Source of the DNA: Bdellovibrionales bacterium
GTDB lineage: Bacteria > Bdellovibrionota > Bdellovibrionia > Bdellovibrionales > JAGQZY01
Length of the DNA stretch: 64,000 bases
Direction: 5' to 3'
Assembly: GCA_964230645.1 (NCBI GenBank)
Contig: CAXRHT010000002.1
Span: 288,001 to 352,000 of the forward strand
The position numbers and the translations under genes are program-made. Every line of letters starts with the position of its first letter. The stretch's first letter is position 1. Shown in pieces: positions 9,987-20,117 of this stretch. Under the pieces are notes generated by a model. That model was not told where the DNA came from and ran no database searches. It was given only the letters and a program-made list of their open reading frames with translations.

Positions 9987-10727
9987 TTGATGAAACAATT
10001 TATTTCTATTTTGGCGTTGTTATTAATGTTTTCGGGAGCTCAAGCCAGTGACCTCGAAAAACTTCCTGACATCGCACCGAATCTAGAAGACCAACAGAGT
10101 GAAGAAGAAATACAACAAATTGAAGAGCAGCTCCAAATTGATTTTGAAGACATGGTGGAGCCAACCGACCTTGAAATTCAATCCATAGAATATGAGAGAG
10201 CCTATGGTCACATCGATCCTTATGGGGCTATTCCTCGCGACCTTTTAAACAAGGCTTTGGCGTTTTTTGATCGCAATAAAAGTCGTTTCTCCAACCAAAG
10301 ATATATTACTGTGGTGGATTACTCAAAACGATCCAACCTAAAGAGATTCTTTGTGGTCAATATGTCTTCTGGGACCGTCTATGGTATTCGCACCGCACAC
10401 GGTAGTGGTGGAGACAAAGACAATGACGGTTATGTTGAGTCCGTAAGTAATGTTGTTAACTCTCATAAGAGCTCGAAAGGCTACTATAAGGTTTCCGAAA
10501 TTTATTACGGAAAGTATGGACGCTCCATTCGTCTTGACGGACTTTCAAGCTCTAATTCCAATGTTCGTCGCCGAGCGATCGTTGTGCATGGCTCTGACTA
10601 CGTTAAGGAAGCTAATAAGATTCAAGGTCGAAGCTGGGGTTGTTTTGCCCTTTCATGGTCAGTTAAAGATGATATTGTTGATATGATCAATGGTGGCAGC
10701 CTTTTGTACGCCGATTATTCGCGCTAA
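9987..10727 (+). CDS. Murein L,D-transpeptidase, YkuD_2 family
   Basis: TVVDYSKRS..KRFFV, AHGSG, SNVVNSHKSSKG, RRAIVVHGSDY, GRSWGC with the catalytic Cys; signal peptide. Confidence 0.88.
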   Translation: MMKQFISILALLLMFSGAQASDLEKLPDIAPNLEDQQSEEEIQQIEEQLQIDFEDMVEPTDLEIQSIEYERAYGHIDPYGAIPRDLLNKALAFFDRNKSRFSNQRYITVVDYSKRSNLKRFFVVNMSSGTVYGIRTAHGSGGDKDNDGYVESVSNVVNSHKSSKGYYKVSEIYYGKYGRSIRLDGLSSSNSNVRRRAIVVHGSDYVKEANKIQGRSWGCFALSWSVKDDIVDMINGGSLLYADYSR

Positions 10728-10744
10728 ATAATAGAGAATTTGGT

Positions 10745-10783
10745 AAAAAAAAAAGCCAAGGACCAACCTTGGCTTTTCTTTTA
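10745..10783. terminator. Bidirectional intrinsic terminator
   Basis: AAAAGCCAAGG-accaa-CCTTGGCTTTT hairpin with A and T tails, between convergent genes. Confidence 0.8.
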
Positions 10784-10800
10784 TCCTTTTCGAGTCTTGT

Positions 10801-12597
10801 TTAAAGAGGCCTTGAGTAAGAAGCTCCTCCACTAATCCAAGCCTTACGCTGACGATCGGGGCAATAGTAAGGTGAACCCGCACTTCTATTAGGGCGATCT
10901 GTGGCAGTGTCTACGACATACCAACCTGTACGAGGATCTTGCGCGATGACTCGAACACGAGTTCCTGAAGTGTAATTTCCGCAAGGGGGCACATTGGTCT
11001 CACCGGCATTAAGGCGAACGTTTAAAGAGCCCACAGTGATCACACGAGTGTGAGGTTTAAATGAACCTTGCTGGGGTGGAGTTGGTGGAGGATTGCCACC
11101 ACCACTACCACCGTTGGCTCTTTTACCCACTCCTCTACCCTGTTCAAGGGGGATAATTTGAACACCACTTAAACGCTGAGCTAATAGCCTTGTCGTCGCC
11201 ACTGTTTTTGAATGGATGTCATGAAGGAGAATAATTCCTCCTGAGCGCGTGGCCATTTGTTTGCGAATACGGTTGTAGATACTCTCTGGACTTGGATCCT
11301 TCCAGTCGAGGCTATCAACATTCCAAAAGAAATGCTCCATTCCAAGACCTGCAATGGTTTGCTGAACTCGGCCTGAGTTTGTACCAGCGCCATAAGGGAG
11401 TCTAAAGAAGTTTAGTCTTACACCATAAACGGCCTCTAGATCACTTTTTGATTGCACGATCTCTCTTTGTAAATTCGCCCTAGCTTTTCCAAGATTGGCG
11501 TGACTGTAAGAGTGGTTGGCAAGCCCCATGCCCATGCTTTTGGCTTTATTCACAACCGCTCGATTCGATGAGGAACGCGCGTTTTGAGCAAGCCAGAAAA
11601 AGGTCGCATGCCATTTTTTTTGAGCCAAAATATCGAGAATTTGATTGGTGGTTGAGGCCTTCGGACCGTCATCATAGGTCAAAGCCCAATGCCCCGACTT
11701 AAAAGAATTTCCGGTGTGATTTTTCCAGGCACTTTGAGGCGTTCTTTCAGGGATCAAGCTCATCAGACTATCCAGGTCAGGATGATCAGGGATAGCCGTT
11801 GAGGCCTGGGCTTCTCTTTTCAACTGATCCATTTTATCTTCATAATAAATGGTGAGGTCATCGGTTTTTCCTCTAAGGATATCCGAAGGACTAAAATCTT
11901 TTCCAGCAAGTTCTGACCACTCAAGAGCCGCCGCTTCTCTGAGTTTAAACAGTTCAATAGCCACCTCGTAGGAAATTACTCCTTCCGTGTCTGTGTTGAC
12001 ATTGATCAGATCACGCAGTTCTACGTCCCATTTATTTTTAATGGCCCGAGCGGCTTGCGCCCACTCATCTCTTTGCTCATCACTGCTGGCGCTAGCAAGT
12101 TGATTTTCGGTGGCTTCATAAACAATTTCCAAGCTATCATCTTGAGAGTTACCTAAATCAAGGAGTCTTTTATAGTAATAAGCCAGGCGATCTTTCTGGC
12201 GCTCAATAATAATTCGTGAGGCGAGCAGCTTCCTATAACTGGGTAAATTCAAAGGGTCTTCACACGTGGCATTAGCCCCTTCACTCTGACGTTTTTCCTC
12301 ACACTCTGTGGCGATTCTATCGAGTTCTTGGTCAAAGAGATCCAAGTAGTAATAAGCTCTTTTAATGATTTGCAAGTTAGTTTGAGCAAAAGGCTCTAAG
12401 ATTTTGTCATCGGGGTTGCTAGTGAGCGCTTGTTCAAAAAGATTCAGAAAAGACTCTTCGAATTCTTCTTCCTCAACATTGGCAACGCTTCGATCTCCAC
12501 TGTCTTTTGGAACCGAACTGCAGTGACTCGATACCAGTAAAACTGTTAGTAGACCTACAATAGAACCTAAAAACGACTTCATACCCTCTCCCCTCAA
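10801..12597 (-). CDS. Polysaccharide (peptidoglycan GlcNAc) deacetylase, CE4/NodB domain, with long N-terminal region and C-terminal SH3b-like domain
   Basis: LTYDDGP, NHSYSH, FRLPYG, DSLDW, IILLHD; lipobox-like SSHC; Gly/Pro linker then LNVR...GTRVRVI...GWY. Confidence 0.88.
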   Translation of the reverse strand: MRGEGMKSFLGSIVGLLTVLLVSSHCSSVPKDSGDRSVANVEEEEFEESFLNLFEQALTSNPDDKILEPFAQTNLQIIKRAYYYLDLFDQELDRIATECEEKRQSEGANATCEDPLNLPSYRKLLASRIIIERQKDRLAYYYKRLLDLGNSQDDSLEIVYEATENQLASASSDEQRDEWAQAARAIKNKWDVELRDLINVNTDTEGVISYEVAIELFKLREAAALEWSELAGKDFSPSDILRGKTDDLTIYYEDKMDQLKREAQASTAIPDHPDLDSLMSLIPERTPQSAWKNHTGNSFKSGHWALTYDDGPKASTTNQILDILAQKKWHATFFWLAQNARSSSNRAVVNKAKSMGMGLANHSYSHANLGKARANLQREIVQSKSDLEAVYGVRLNFFRLPYGAGTNSGRVQQTIAGLGMEHFFWNVDSLDWKDPSPESIYNRIRKQMATRSGGIILLHDIHSKTVATTRLLAQRLSGVQIIPLEQGRGVGKRANGGSGGGNPPPTPPQQGSFKPHTRVITVGSLNVRLNAGETNVPPCGNYTSGTRVRVIAQDPRTGWYVVDTATDRPNRSAGSPYYCPDRQRKAWISGGASYSRPL

Positions 12598-12755
12598 TTC
12601 AATAGGATTTCTTGTATAAGTTATCGTTTAAAGATCCTTAAAACATTAAGGATTTTGACTTTAAGACCTTAGTCGTTCTCTGGTTTAAGTCGCAAAGAGC
12701 GGATAAGATCCAACAACAATTATGTTACATAGTATAGAAAAAAACGGGTTTAACT

Positions 12756-14156
12756 TTAGTCACCAAACTCAATACCGCCATCGTCGTCTTCAGAAGTAGA
12801 TGTACAGATACTCTCCATACAAGCCCGAAGGGTGTCGCGTATATCTCCAGAAAGAAGACATTGGCTGACTTGACGTCGTTCACGCTCGGACTGACATTGC
12901 CTCTCTGGAAGCGGAACCCCACCTAAGGTGTTAGCCGCTTTGACTGCGAAAGCATTGCTATTCACCATTCTCTGGGAAATCACAGGCTCGGCGTGCATAT
13001 AACCGAAGATGCGAGTCACAACCTCATCAGGTGTACTATGACCACCGCGAAAACGGTTATCCACCAATACTTCCGTTGTCCGTCCAATTCGGTCAATTTG
13101 GCTAAAAAAGTTATTGGAGAAAGCTGAGTTTTCATTGGTTTGCAAAACCGCACTTCTTCTGAAAATTTGATTGTCAGTAACGTGGCAGCTAGCACAATCC
13201 GTGTTGTGATCGTTGGTGGTCACTGGATTGAAAATAGCCGTGTGAATGTCGGGATTGTTAAAATTGTCGTCAAACAAATTAAACTGAATGCTCCGATCAC
13301 GAGCCACATTGGTGGTCAGTCTTTGATTTTCATTAAAGCTTAGAGTCACTAAATTTTCACGTCCACCGGTCGGAAGAGTCGTATGTTCCCAATTTCCGCT
13401 GAGCCCAACCTCTCCAGCTAGAAAATGCCAAATACCGATATTTAAACTCCCGTTGGTATTGCGCCCAAGGCCCATGAAAGTGATGACTTTTGGTCTCTGG
13501 GTGGCCACAAACTTTGCGAAAATTGAGTTTTTTATGAATTCAAAATAGGTACTACTAAAAGCGGAATTACTGAGAACAGGATGAGGCTGCAAAGGTTGAT
13601 TCTCATTGAGGCCGCCACTGAGAAGGTTTAAGGCTCTAAAGCTTGCGAGAATCTCAGAATTTTGGGGTTCGTTTCCAGAATTGTACTCATAAATGACATG
13701 CAAAGAGTAGTCTCTAAAAGTCAGCCCATTTCCATCACGCTGGGTCGGTTGAAAAATAAAACGGATCTGCTCCCTACAGGGGTTTATTTCACCTGCAAAG
13801 TGTATACAGGGAGAATATCGGAAGCCCACAAGAAGCCAATTATTAGGATTCTGAACCCCAGTCCTGTGGTCTTGGTCGATAAACACTCCCACACGATTGG
13901 CGGCCGACAACACCCTCGAAAAGTTTCCTTGGCTAATAATCCCTATCTCTTGATCCGAGGCTCTGACCACCTGGCGAGGAATGTTTCGATTGGACTCTAA
14001 AGGCATAAGAAAAGCTAGGTCATTGGCACTGAGCTCGCTCGCGGGAGCCTGTTCAGTGGCCTCATCACTTTTATTACACGCCTGAAGCGCAACTAGACAT
14101 AATAATACAAATAAGATCCGCATACCCATGGGAAAGCTATACCGCCTCGGGCGCAA
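12756..14156 (-). CDS. Lipoprotein with a single CxxCH heme-binding motif
   Basis: Lipobox LQAC; CASCH; several further Cys residues. Confidence 0.65.
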   Translation of the reverse strand: MRPRRYSFPMGMRILFVLLCLVALQACNKSDEATEQAPASELSANDLAFLMPLESNRNIPRQVVRASDQEIGIISQGNFSRVLSAANRVGVFIDQDHRTGVQNPNNWLLVGFRYSPCIHFAGEINPCREQIRFIFQPTQRDGNGLTFRDYSLHVIYEYNSGNEPQNSEILASFRALNLLSGGLNENQPLQPHPVLSNSAFSSTYFEFIKNSIFAKFVATQRPKVITFMGLGRNTNGSLNIGIWHFLAGEVGLSGNWEHTTLPTGGRENLVTLSFNENQRLTTNVARDRSIQFNLFDDNFNNPDIHTAIFNPVTTNDHNTDCASCHVTDNQIFRRSAVLQTNENSAFSNNFFSQIDRIGRTTEVLVDNRFRGGHSTPDEVVTRIFGYMHAEPVISQRMVNSNAFAVKAANTLGGVPLPERQCQSERERRQVSQCLLSGDIRDTLRACMESICTSTSEDDDGGIEFGD

Positions 14157-14212
14157 CTTTACAATGCGGCGTGTAAATTCTATCGAATCTTTGCCCCAAC
14201 ACTGTCTATTTT

Positions 14213-15355
14213 TTAGCCAGACGGCAGCAGATGCTCTTCTTGGTACTGGGAGGGCGTCATCCCTGTGTATCGCTTAAAGGCCGTATTAAAAGCCGATTTG
14301 CTGTTGAAGCCAGCTTCATAGGCCATATCAATAATATTCTTATCGGCCGAATCCTCTTGTTTGAGGAGGTGTTTAACGTATTCGATGCGGTAGCTACTCA
14401 AAAGTTCGAAGAAGCTGGTATCAAGACCTATATTAATCACCTGCGAGAGTTGATAAGCGGGTATCCCCACTTTTTTAGCCAACTGGGCGGAGTTCAAAGT
14501 GGGGGACTTAAAAATCTTTTCTTGTTCAAAAAGATATTTAATTTTTAAAGAGAGTTTGGCTAATCGCTCCTCATCGAGGTTGGAGTTTTGATATTTTTCT
14601 TGGGACTCTTCCTCCTCTTGTGGTTCTTCACTGGTTTCGATGAAGTACTCTTCTAAGGTCAACGAATTCATTCGGAAGGCTTCAAATAGATTCGACAAGA
14701 AAATAAGAGGAACGAAAAAATCAAAGGTGAAAGATAAAAAGAAATTTTCCACGAAAGCCGAGGCAATGGTGAAAATAAGACCAATAATAAAAAAGACGTC
14801 CTGAGAGGATTTTAGCACCGTTCGCAATAAAACAAGGGCTGAAAAACTCGATACAACAGCTGAACAGGTCAGAACCCGACTCACATAGGGTTGGGGCATG
14901 CCGATGAAACTTGAGTAGGAATTGATAAAGTAGTTGTCGACCTCAAGAAAGCTTTTCGGGTCAAAATAAAGATCGATACCCCAAATCAATCGGCTGGGCA
15001 CTCCTAAAAGGGCCGCCAGTGATAATATTAAAAACGTTATCAAAGTTGGTTTATAAACCCACTTGGGCATTGTGATAAAAAAGCTTACAGACCGAAAATA
15101 AAAGAACAAAGAAAGACAAAGTGAGACTGTAGAAACCATGACATAGTAATGGGAATACAAAGGATCAAAAAGACGTGACTGAACAAAGAAATGTTCGAGA
15201 GCAAATAGTCCTGCAAAAAAACTAAAGGCTGCTATCATTAATGATCGTCGGTATTGAGTTTTACAGTAGATAGATATCTGACTGATACAGATCAAGAACA
15301 AAAATAAGGCGCAGGCTATCCCAATACCAGGAATTATACTAATTAGTAACTTCAT
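14213..15355 (-). CDS. AraC-family regulator with N-terminal multi-TM sensor
   Basis: About 6-7 TM helices, then LAKKVGIPAYQLSQVIN and AYEAGFNSKSAFNTAFKRYTGMTPSQY. Confidence 0.9.
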   Translation of the reverse strand: MKLLISIIPGIGIACALFLFLICISQISIYCKTQYRRSLMIAAFSFFAGLFALEHFFVQSRLFDPLYSHYYVMVSTVSLCLSLFFYFRSVSFFITMPKWVYKPTLITFLILSLAALLGVPSRLIWGIDLYFDPKSFLEVDNYFINSYSSFIGMPQPYVSRVLTCSAVVSSFSALVLLRTVLKSSQDVFFIIGLIFTIASAFVENFFLSFTFDFFVPLIFLSNLFEAFRMNSLTLEEYFIETSEEPQEEEESQEKYQNSNLDEERLAKLSLKIKYLFEQEKIFKSPTLNSAQLAKKVGIPAYQLSQVINIGLDTSFFELLSSYRIEYVKHLLKQEDSADKNIIDMAYEAGFNSKSAFNTAFKRYTGMTPSQYQEEHLLPSG

Positions 15356-15408
15356 GGTTGGAACTATTTACCACAACACCCAATCCCGTTCATTAAAAAA
15401 AATGATGA

Positions 15409-16257
15409 TTATACTTTAAGCTTAATCTCTGAAAGGTTGAAGTGGCGATCCACCCCAACACAGGCCCCAAAAGGTAAAGAGGTCCAAATGTTTTCATTCT
15501 TTATCACCTCTGAACTTATCAGTAAGTGATGAACTTGATCGCCCATCTGTGCTTTTTTTTCACAGAGCGAGTGATAAAAAGAACAGGAGTCCCTTTCTGA
15601 ACAACGTTTTTTATGAGTACTAAAAAAGAGGGGCTGCCCACCCTGCACAGCATACATTAAACTTCCGTTGGTCAAAATAAAGGTGAGATAGTTTTTATCG
15701 TAATCGCCTTTGGATTCTCGAAGAGGACCAATCACTTCGGTGGCTTGATCTATAAAAGCTTGAAAAATTTCTTTGGGAGAAAACACGGCCTCTTTTTCCT
15801 GGAGCAAACCTTTTGACTTGATAATTGTTAACAAGAGATAAAACAGATGCTCGCTATCGGTTTCTCCAAGAATAAATTTCCTAAGGTCTGGATCAATCTT
15901 TTGTAAAAGTGCTTCTCGACACTTCTCAAAATTTTCAACATTGCCGTTATGTGCAAAAACCCAAGGTCCGAACTGAAAGGGATGAGTATTCAGTGGACCC
16001 ACCGGTCCCACTGTGGATTTTCTAATATGAGTGATCACAGTGTTGGACGAGACGACCCCTGAGACCTTTTCAAAGATTTTACACTCCCTGGCCTGAGAGT
16101 CGTTTTTTACCAGGTGAGGGCTTCCCATGTTGAAATAAGCCACACCCCAGCCATCCGGGTGTCTTTCGCTTTGCTCAACGATCGCATTATCAGCATCAAG
16201 AAGACTACGATGCACTCCGCTTTGTAGAATGGAACGAAATCCAAAAATTCGGCACAT
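15409..16257 (-). CDS. Class II glutamine amidotransferase (YafJ/EgtC-like Ntn hydrolase)
   Basis: N-terminal MCRIFG, HPDGWG, HIRKST, NTHPF, FAHNG, GETDSE. Confidence 0.88.
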   Translation of the reverse strand: MCRIFGFRSILQSGVHRSLLDADNAIVEQSERHPDGWGVAYFNMGSPHLVKNDSQARECKIFEKVSGVVSSNTVITHIRKSTVGPVGPLNTHPFQFGPWVFAHNGNVENFEKCREALLQKIDPDLRKFILGETDSEHLFYLLLTIIKSKGLLQEKEAVFSPKEIFQAFIDQATEVIGPLRESKGDYDKNYLTFILTNGSLMYAVQGGQPLFFSTHKKRCSERDSCSFYHSLCEKKAQMGDQVHHLLISSEVIKNENIWTSLPFGACVGVDRHFNLSEIKLKV

Positions 16258-16311
16258 AATTTAGTATAGCTCAATTGACTCCATAGCCCCAAGCCCCATA
16301 CAATCAAGTCT

Positions 16312-17055
16312 ATGGACAAACGGCCAAATCAATCGCCAAACAAAGTCTGGCTCAATCTTATTATTGATATTATTTTGCCAGTGGCGATCCTCAATAAGCT
16401 CTCCCCTTATCTCGGGGAAAATGGCCCTCTCTACGCCCTACTCATTGCTATATCTCTGCCCCTTGCCCACGGACTCTTTGATTTTATTAAAGACAAAAAA
16501 ATCAATTGGATCTCCTTATTAGGCCTTCTTAATGTGGCCTTAACCGGAGGCTTTGCATTGATGAAACTCTCGGGGTTTTGGTTTGCTGTAAAAGAGGCCA
16601 GCTTCCCCGCACTTATTGGAATCTTTGTTTTCTTTTCAAGCTTTTCTAAAAGACCACTTTTCGCATTCTTTCTCAATCAGCCGGGGATTTTTGCCATGGA
16701 AGTCATTCAAGCAAGACTTGATGAGTTCAATAATCGTGACAACTACAACAAACTCATCAAACGCTGCACTCTTTACTTTTCGGGAACCTTTTTCTTAAGT
16801 GCGCTTCTTAACTTTGGCCTTGCTATGCGTATTTTTAAAAACATACCGACAGACTTGCCTGAAAACCAAAAAGCGGAGATGCTCAACACACAGATCGCTG
16901 ATATGACTTGGATGGGTTATGTGGTGATAGCGCTCCCCTTGATGGTTATCACCACCAGCCTCTTCTATTACTGCTTACGTAGTCTCTCTAGGCTCACGTC
17001 TTTAAGCCTCAATGACCTTCTCAATCAACCTAGCCCTGAGGCTCCGGAAGCTTAG
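16312..17055 (+). CDS. VC0807-family membrane protein
   Basis: NLIIDIILPVAIL, NWISLLGLLNVALTGG, WFAVKEA, SALLNFGLA. Confidence 0.7.
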   Translation: MDKRPNQSPNKVWLNLIIDIILPVAILNKLSPYLGENGPLYALLIAISLPLAHGLFDFIKDKKINWISLLGLLNVALTGGFALMKLSGFWFAVKEASFPALIGIFVFFSSFSKRPLFAFFLNQPGIFAMEVIQARLDEFNNRDNYNKLIKRCTLYFSGTFFLSALLNFGLAMRIFKNIPTDLPENQKAEMLNTQIADMTWMGYVVIALPLMVITTSLFYYCLRSLSRLTSLSLNDLLNQPSPEAPEA

Positions 17056-17798
17056 AGCTCCTTTTTAATATGCTCAATCACCCATTCCGGGTCATCGATA
17101 CAGAGGTCATGGCCAGACCATGGATGCGTGTAGAGCGGAAGATCCCAATGTTTCGAAAAGACTATGGAGCATGAGGGATGCACCATTTTATCCCCTTTGG
17201 AATTAAATAAAACGATGGGAGTTTGAGGCGCTTTGCTAGAAAGCTTGTAGCGGGAGGCGGCCACCAGTTGCCTGACAATGTTTGCAAGCTTTGATGGCCT
17301 CGTTAAAAAAATCTCGGCCCAATCCTTTTTGATTTCATTAATTTTTTCAGGAGAGTTGGAAACCATTTTGAGAATCTCTTCTTCACGCTTGAGCACATCT
17401 CGCCCGGCCCTGGCAGCTTGAAAAAAACGCCGAAAGGCTGCAATCTGCATTCTGTGATGAATAGGAGAGAGATTTGAAAAGCTAGTGTTCATTAAAAAGA
17501 CTTTATTAAACAAGTCTTCACGCTGACTGACAAGCTCCGCTCCCACCATAGCTCCTAGAGATACCGCCAAGAGCACGCGATTTTTTGAGGAATGACTTTC
17601 TAGTTGTGTTGCCACAAAATCGGCAATGGCTTCAATGCTTATGGGACTCTGAAGTTGGTTAAACTTTCCAAAGCCTGGAAAATCAATACAGGTAACCGAG
17701 GAGCAAAACTTTTGACTTTCAAGCTGAGTGACAAAATCTCCCCAGTGACGCCCTTCTCTTGCAAGCCCTCTTAACAGAACAAAATCAGCTGACGGCAT
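17052..17798 (-). CDS. Alpha/beta hydrolase
   Basis: LLRGLAREGRHWG, AVSLGAM nucleophile elbow, D.MVHP, GHDL. Confidence 0.85.
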   Translation of the reverse strand: MPSADFVLLRGLAREGRHWGDFVTQLESQKFCSSVTCIDFPGFGKFNQLQSPISIEAIADFVATQLESHSSKNRVLLAVSLGAMVGAELVSQREDLFNKVFLMNTSFSNLSPIHHRMQIAAFRRFFQAARAGRDVLKREEEILKMVSNSPEKINEIKKDWAEIFLTRPSKLANIVRQLVAASRYKLSSKAPQTPIVLFNSKGDKMVHPSCSIVFSKHWDLPLYTHPWSGHDLCIDDPEWVIEHIKKEL

Positions 17799-18831
17799 TC
17801 TTAACTCCAGAGTACCAAAGGTTTAAAGCCTCGTACTTCCAGATTTGTTTTTGTTCTTCTTTTAAATGAACCCAATCATCCGACAAAACCGCTCGATGAA
17901 GGAAGTCCATAAAGGTTTTTTGATCCCGAAGCACTCGGGCCTGCCGATGAGGCAAGATGGGATTAAAGACCCCGATGGCCCCGAAAATTTGTTTTGGATT
18001 TTTTTTGACCCATTTCCAAGACCCAAGCTCTAGGGTAAGAGGCATGCAAAACTCGTTTTGGCGTGAGTTATAATGAGTATCAAAAACATAGTCCCAGAAA
18101 TCTCCATGGGTCGTATACTGAATGCTTTGTGGTTCAACGGCATAGACATGGTTGGGGTAAGCATTATTGAGGAGCTCTCTAAAGGCGTAGGCTTCTACGA
18201 AATAAGGAAAAGGTTTTTTGGTGCGGGCATAGGGAAACCATAGGCGATCGACGGAACCAAAACCGGAGTGCACATCAAGACAAATAGAAAGTCTTGAAGG
18301 AAGAACTCTTTCCTTTAAAAAATCAAAAAGAACTTGGTTTTCGGTTTCCATCCCATCGGTTAAGGCTCCTCGATAAAATGGAATTTTTGGGGAAAGACGA
18401 TGCCCGCCGTACAAAAATCGGGTGGCCTCTTCAGAGAATACCGGAGCATTTCTCATAAGGTCCACATTGTTACCATTGGAACGCGAGCGACGGAACATAC
18501 CCACGGGATTGAGGATCGGTACAAACACAAGCCTTGAGTATTTCAGACGGTCCTTAAGGGTTTGATCCCAACTCAAAAGCTCAATAATTGTTCGCAAAGT
18601 GGAAAGAACGACCATCGACCCAATCCGTTCAAGACCATGAACACCACCGATCATGGCGAAACAAGGACTTGTTGTCTCTTCCGATCCTATTTCAATGGAG
18701 TAAATGGGAAAGGTGTAGCCGTCATAGGGGATTTCAGCGAGTACTCGGGTACGGGCTTTGGAGCCCAGTTTTTCAATCAACGCCTCTAATTCAATGAGCT
18801 CAGGCAACCGCTTTTCCAGTACTTTTCTCAC
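17785..18831 (-). CDS. M14-family zinc carboxypeptidase (DUF2817-like)
   Basis: GGVHGLE, NPVG...RSNGNNVDLMRN, LDVHSG, TLELG. Confidence 0.85.
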   Translation of the reverse strand: MRKVLEKRLPELIELEALIEKLGSKARTRVLAEIPYDGYTFPIYSIEIGSEETTSPCFAMIGGVHGLERIGSMVVLSTLRTIIELLSWDQTLKDRLKYSRLVFVPILNPVGMFRRSRSNGNNVDLMRNAPVFSEEATRFLYGGHRLSPKIPFYRGALTDGMETENQVLFDFLKERVLPSRLSICLDVHSGFGSVDRLWFPYARTKKPFPYFVEAYAFRELLNNAYPNHVYAVEPQSIQYTTHGDFWDYVFDTHYNSRQNEFCMPLTLELGSWKWVKKNPKQIFGAIGVFNPILPHRQARVLRDQKTFMDFLHRAVLSDDWVHLKEEQKQIWKYEALNLWYSGVKNAVS

Positions 18832-18857
18832 AATGCTCCCCTTTGACCTTTAGTTTA

Positions 18858-19679
18858 CTACAGGACTTGGCATTGGGGACACCAAAAACTATTTCTCCCG
18901 ACGATAGCTTGGCTTTCAATTTCTTTTTGACAGACACGGCAGGGCTGAGACTTTCTGCCATAGACAAAATGCATATTCTGAAAACTCCCTCGCTCCCCAT
19001 CGGTGTTGGTATAATTTTGAATGCTAGAGCCTCCAAGCTCGATCGCTTCAAACAATATTCTTCGAATGGATTTAGCAAGAAGCTGCCACTCGTTTAAAGA
19101 CAGTTTGTGACAAGGTTTCTTAGGATGAATGCCTGCAAGATAAAGCGCTTCACTGGCGTAGATATTACCCACTCCAACAACGACCCTTTGATTCATAATA
19201 CCCACCTTCACAGCCACTTGTGAGTCTTTAAGAGTTTCATACAAATAACGACCGCTGAATTTTGCATCACTGACCGGATCAACGCCCAAGGATGAAAGTC
19301 GAGTCACCATAGGTAAAGTGCCTTTATTGAAAACTTCAAACATGCCAAAGCGTCTTGCATCTTGGTACGTCATGGTTCGACCATCACTTAAGTGAATTCT
19401 TATATGGTCGTGTTTTTCTTTGGCTTTTTCAAAGCGCCACGAACCCGTCATTCCCAGATGAGAGAGAAGCACATAATCTTCAAGAAAAAAGAGAAGGTAC
19501 TTAGCCTTACGCTCAACAGAAAGGATGCGTTGACCACAAATCGCCTTTAAAAGTTTTGGATCAGGACTATAACGAAGCTTTTTATCACTTCTTTCCACCT
19601 TCAAAATTGCAACCCTATCAAAGTCGAGGCGACGACTCAGCCCTCTTCTTACAGTTTCCACCTCTGGCAACTCTGGCAT
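18858..19679 (-). CDS. mutM: Formamidopyrimidine-DNA glycosylase
   Basis: MPELPEVE N-terminus, HLGMTG, GVGNIYASE, C-terminal CRVC...CPQCQ zinc finger. Confidence 0.97.
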   Translation of the reverse strand: MPELPEVETVRRGLSRRLDFDRVAILKVERSDKKLRYSPDPKLLKAICGQRILSVERKAKYLLFFLEDYVLLSHLGMTGSWRFEKAKEKHDHIRIHLSDGRTMTYQDARRFGMFEVFNKGTLPMVTRLSSLGVDPVSDAKFSGRYLYETLKDSQVAVKVGIMNQRVVVGVGNIYASEALYLAGIHPKKPCHKLSLNEWQLLAKSIRRILFEAIELGGSSIQNYTNTDGERGSFQNMHFVYGRKSQPCRVCQKEIESQAIVGRNSFWCPQCQVL

Positions 19680-19769
19680 TAGACCCCTTATTTATCTTTT
19701 CAATAAAATTTAACATCCGCTTTTTTGCAGAATACTAGCTTTGATAGGGGCATATAACAATATAGAGTT

Positions 19770-20041
19770 TCTATTGTCATTAGGAACCATTTGTCATTCT
19801 GAGCAATTCGTCCTTCTAAGCAATTCGTCATTCTGAGCGAAGCGAAGAATCTTTAGCTATTACAGGGAGATCCTTCGCTTCACTCAGGATGACAGGCAAC
19901 AATACGCTCAGGATGACAAATAGCAATCTGTCATTCTTAGCCATTTGTCATTCTGAGCGGAGCGAAGAATCTACCGCCACTGAGCTCACATGGCGAACCA
20001 TAGTCCTCGGCAACAGGTCCTTCGCTCCGCTCAGGACGACA
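19770..20041. repeat. REP-like cluster: two inverted REP doublets with reiterated outer ends
   Basis: Full copies at 19826-19852 (+), 19868-19894 (-), 19946-19972 (+), 20015-20041 (-). 17-bp partial units at 19787-19837 and 19924-19957; partial copy at 19905-19918. Confidence 0.9.
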
Positions 20042-20117
20042 ATATGCAGTAGACGATATGCAAAAGACGATATCTAGTAATGGGGCCTGAGTCATTACAC
20101 TCAAGCCCCCTTTTGTT

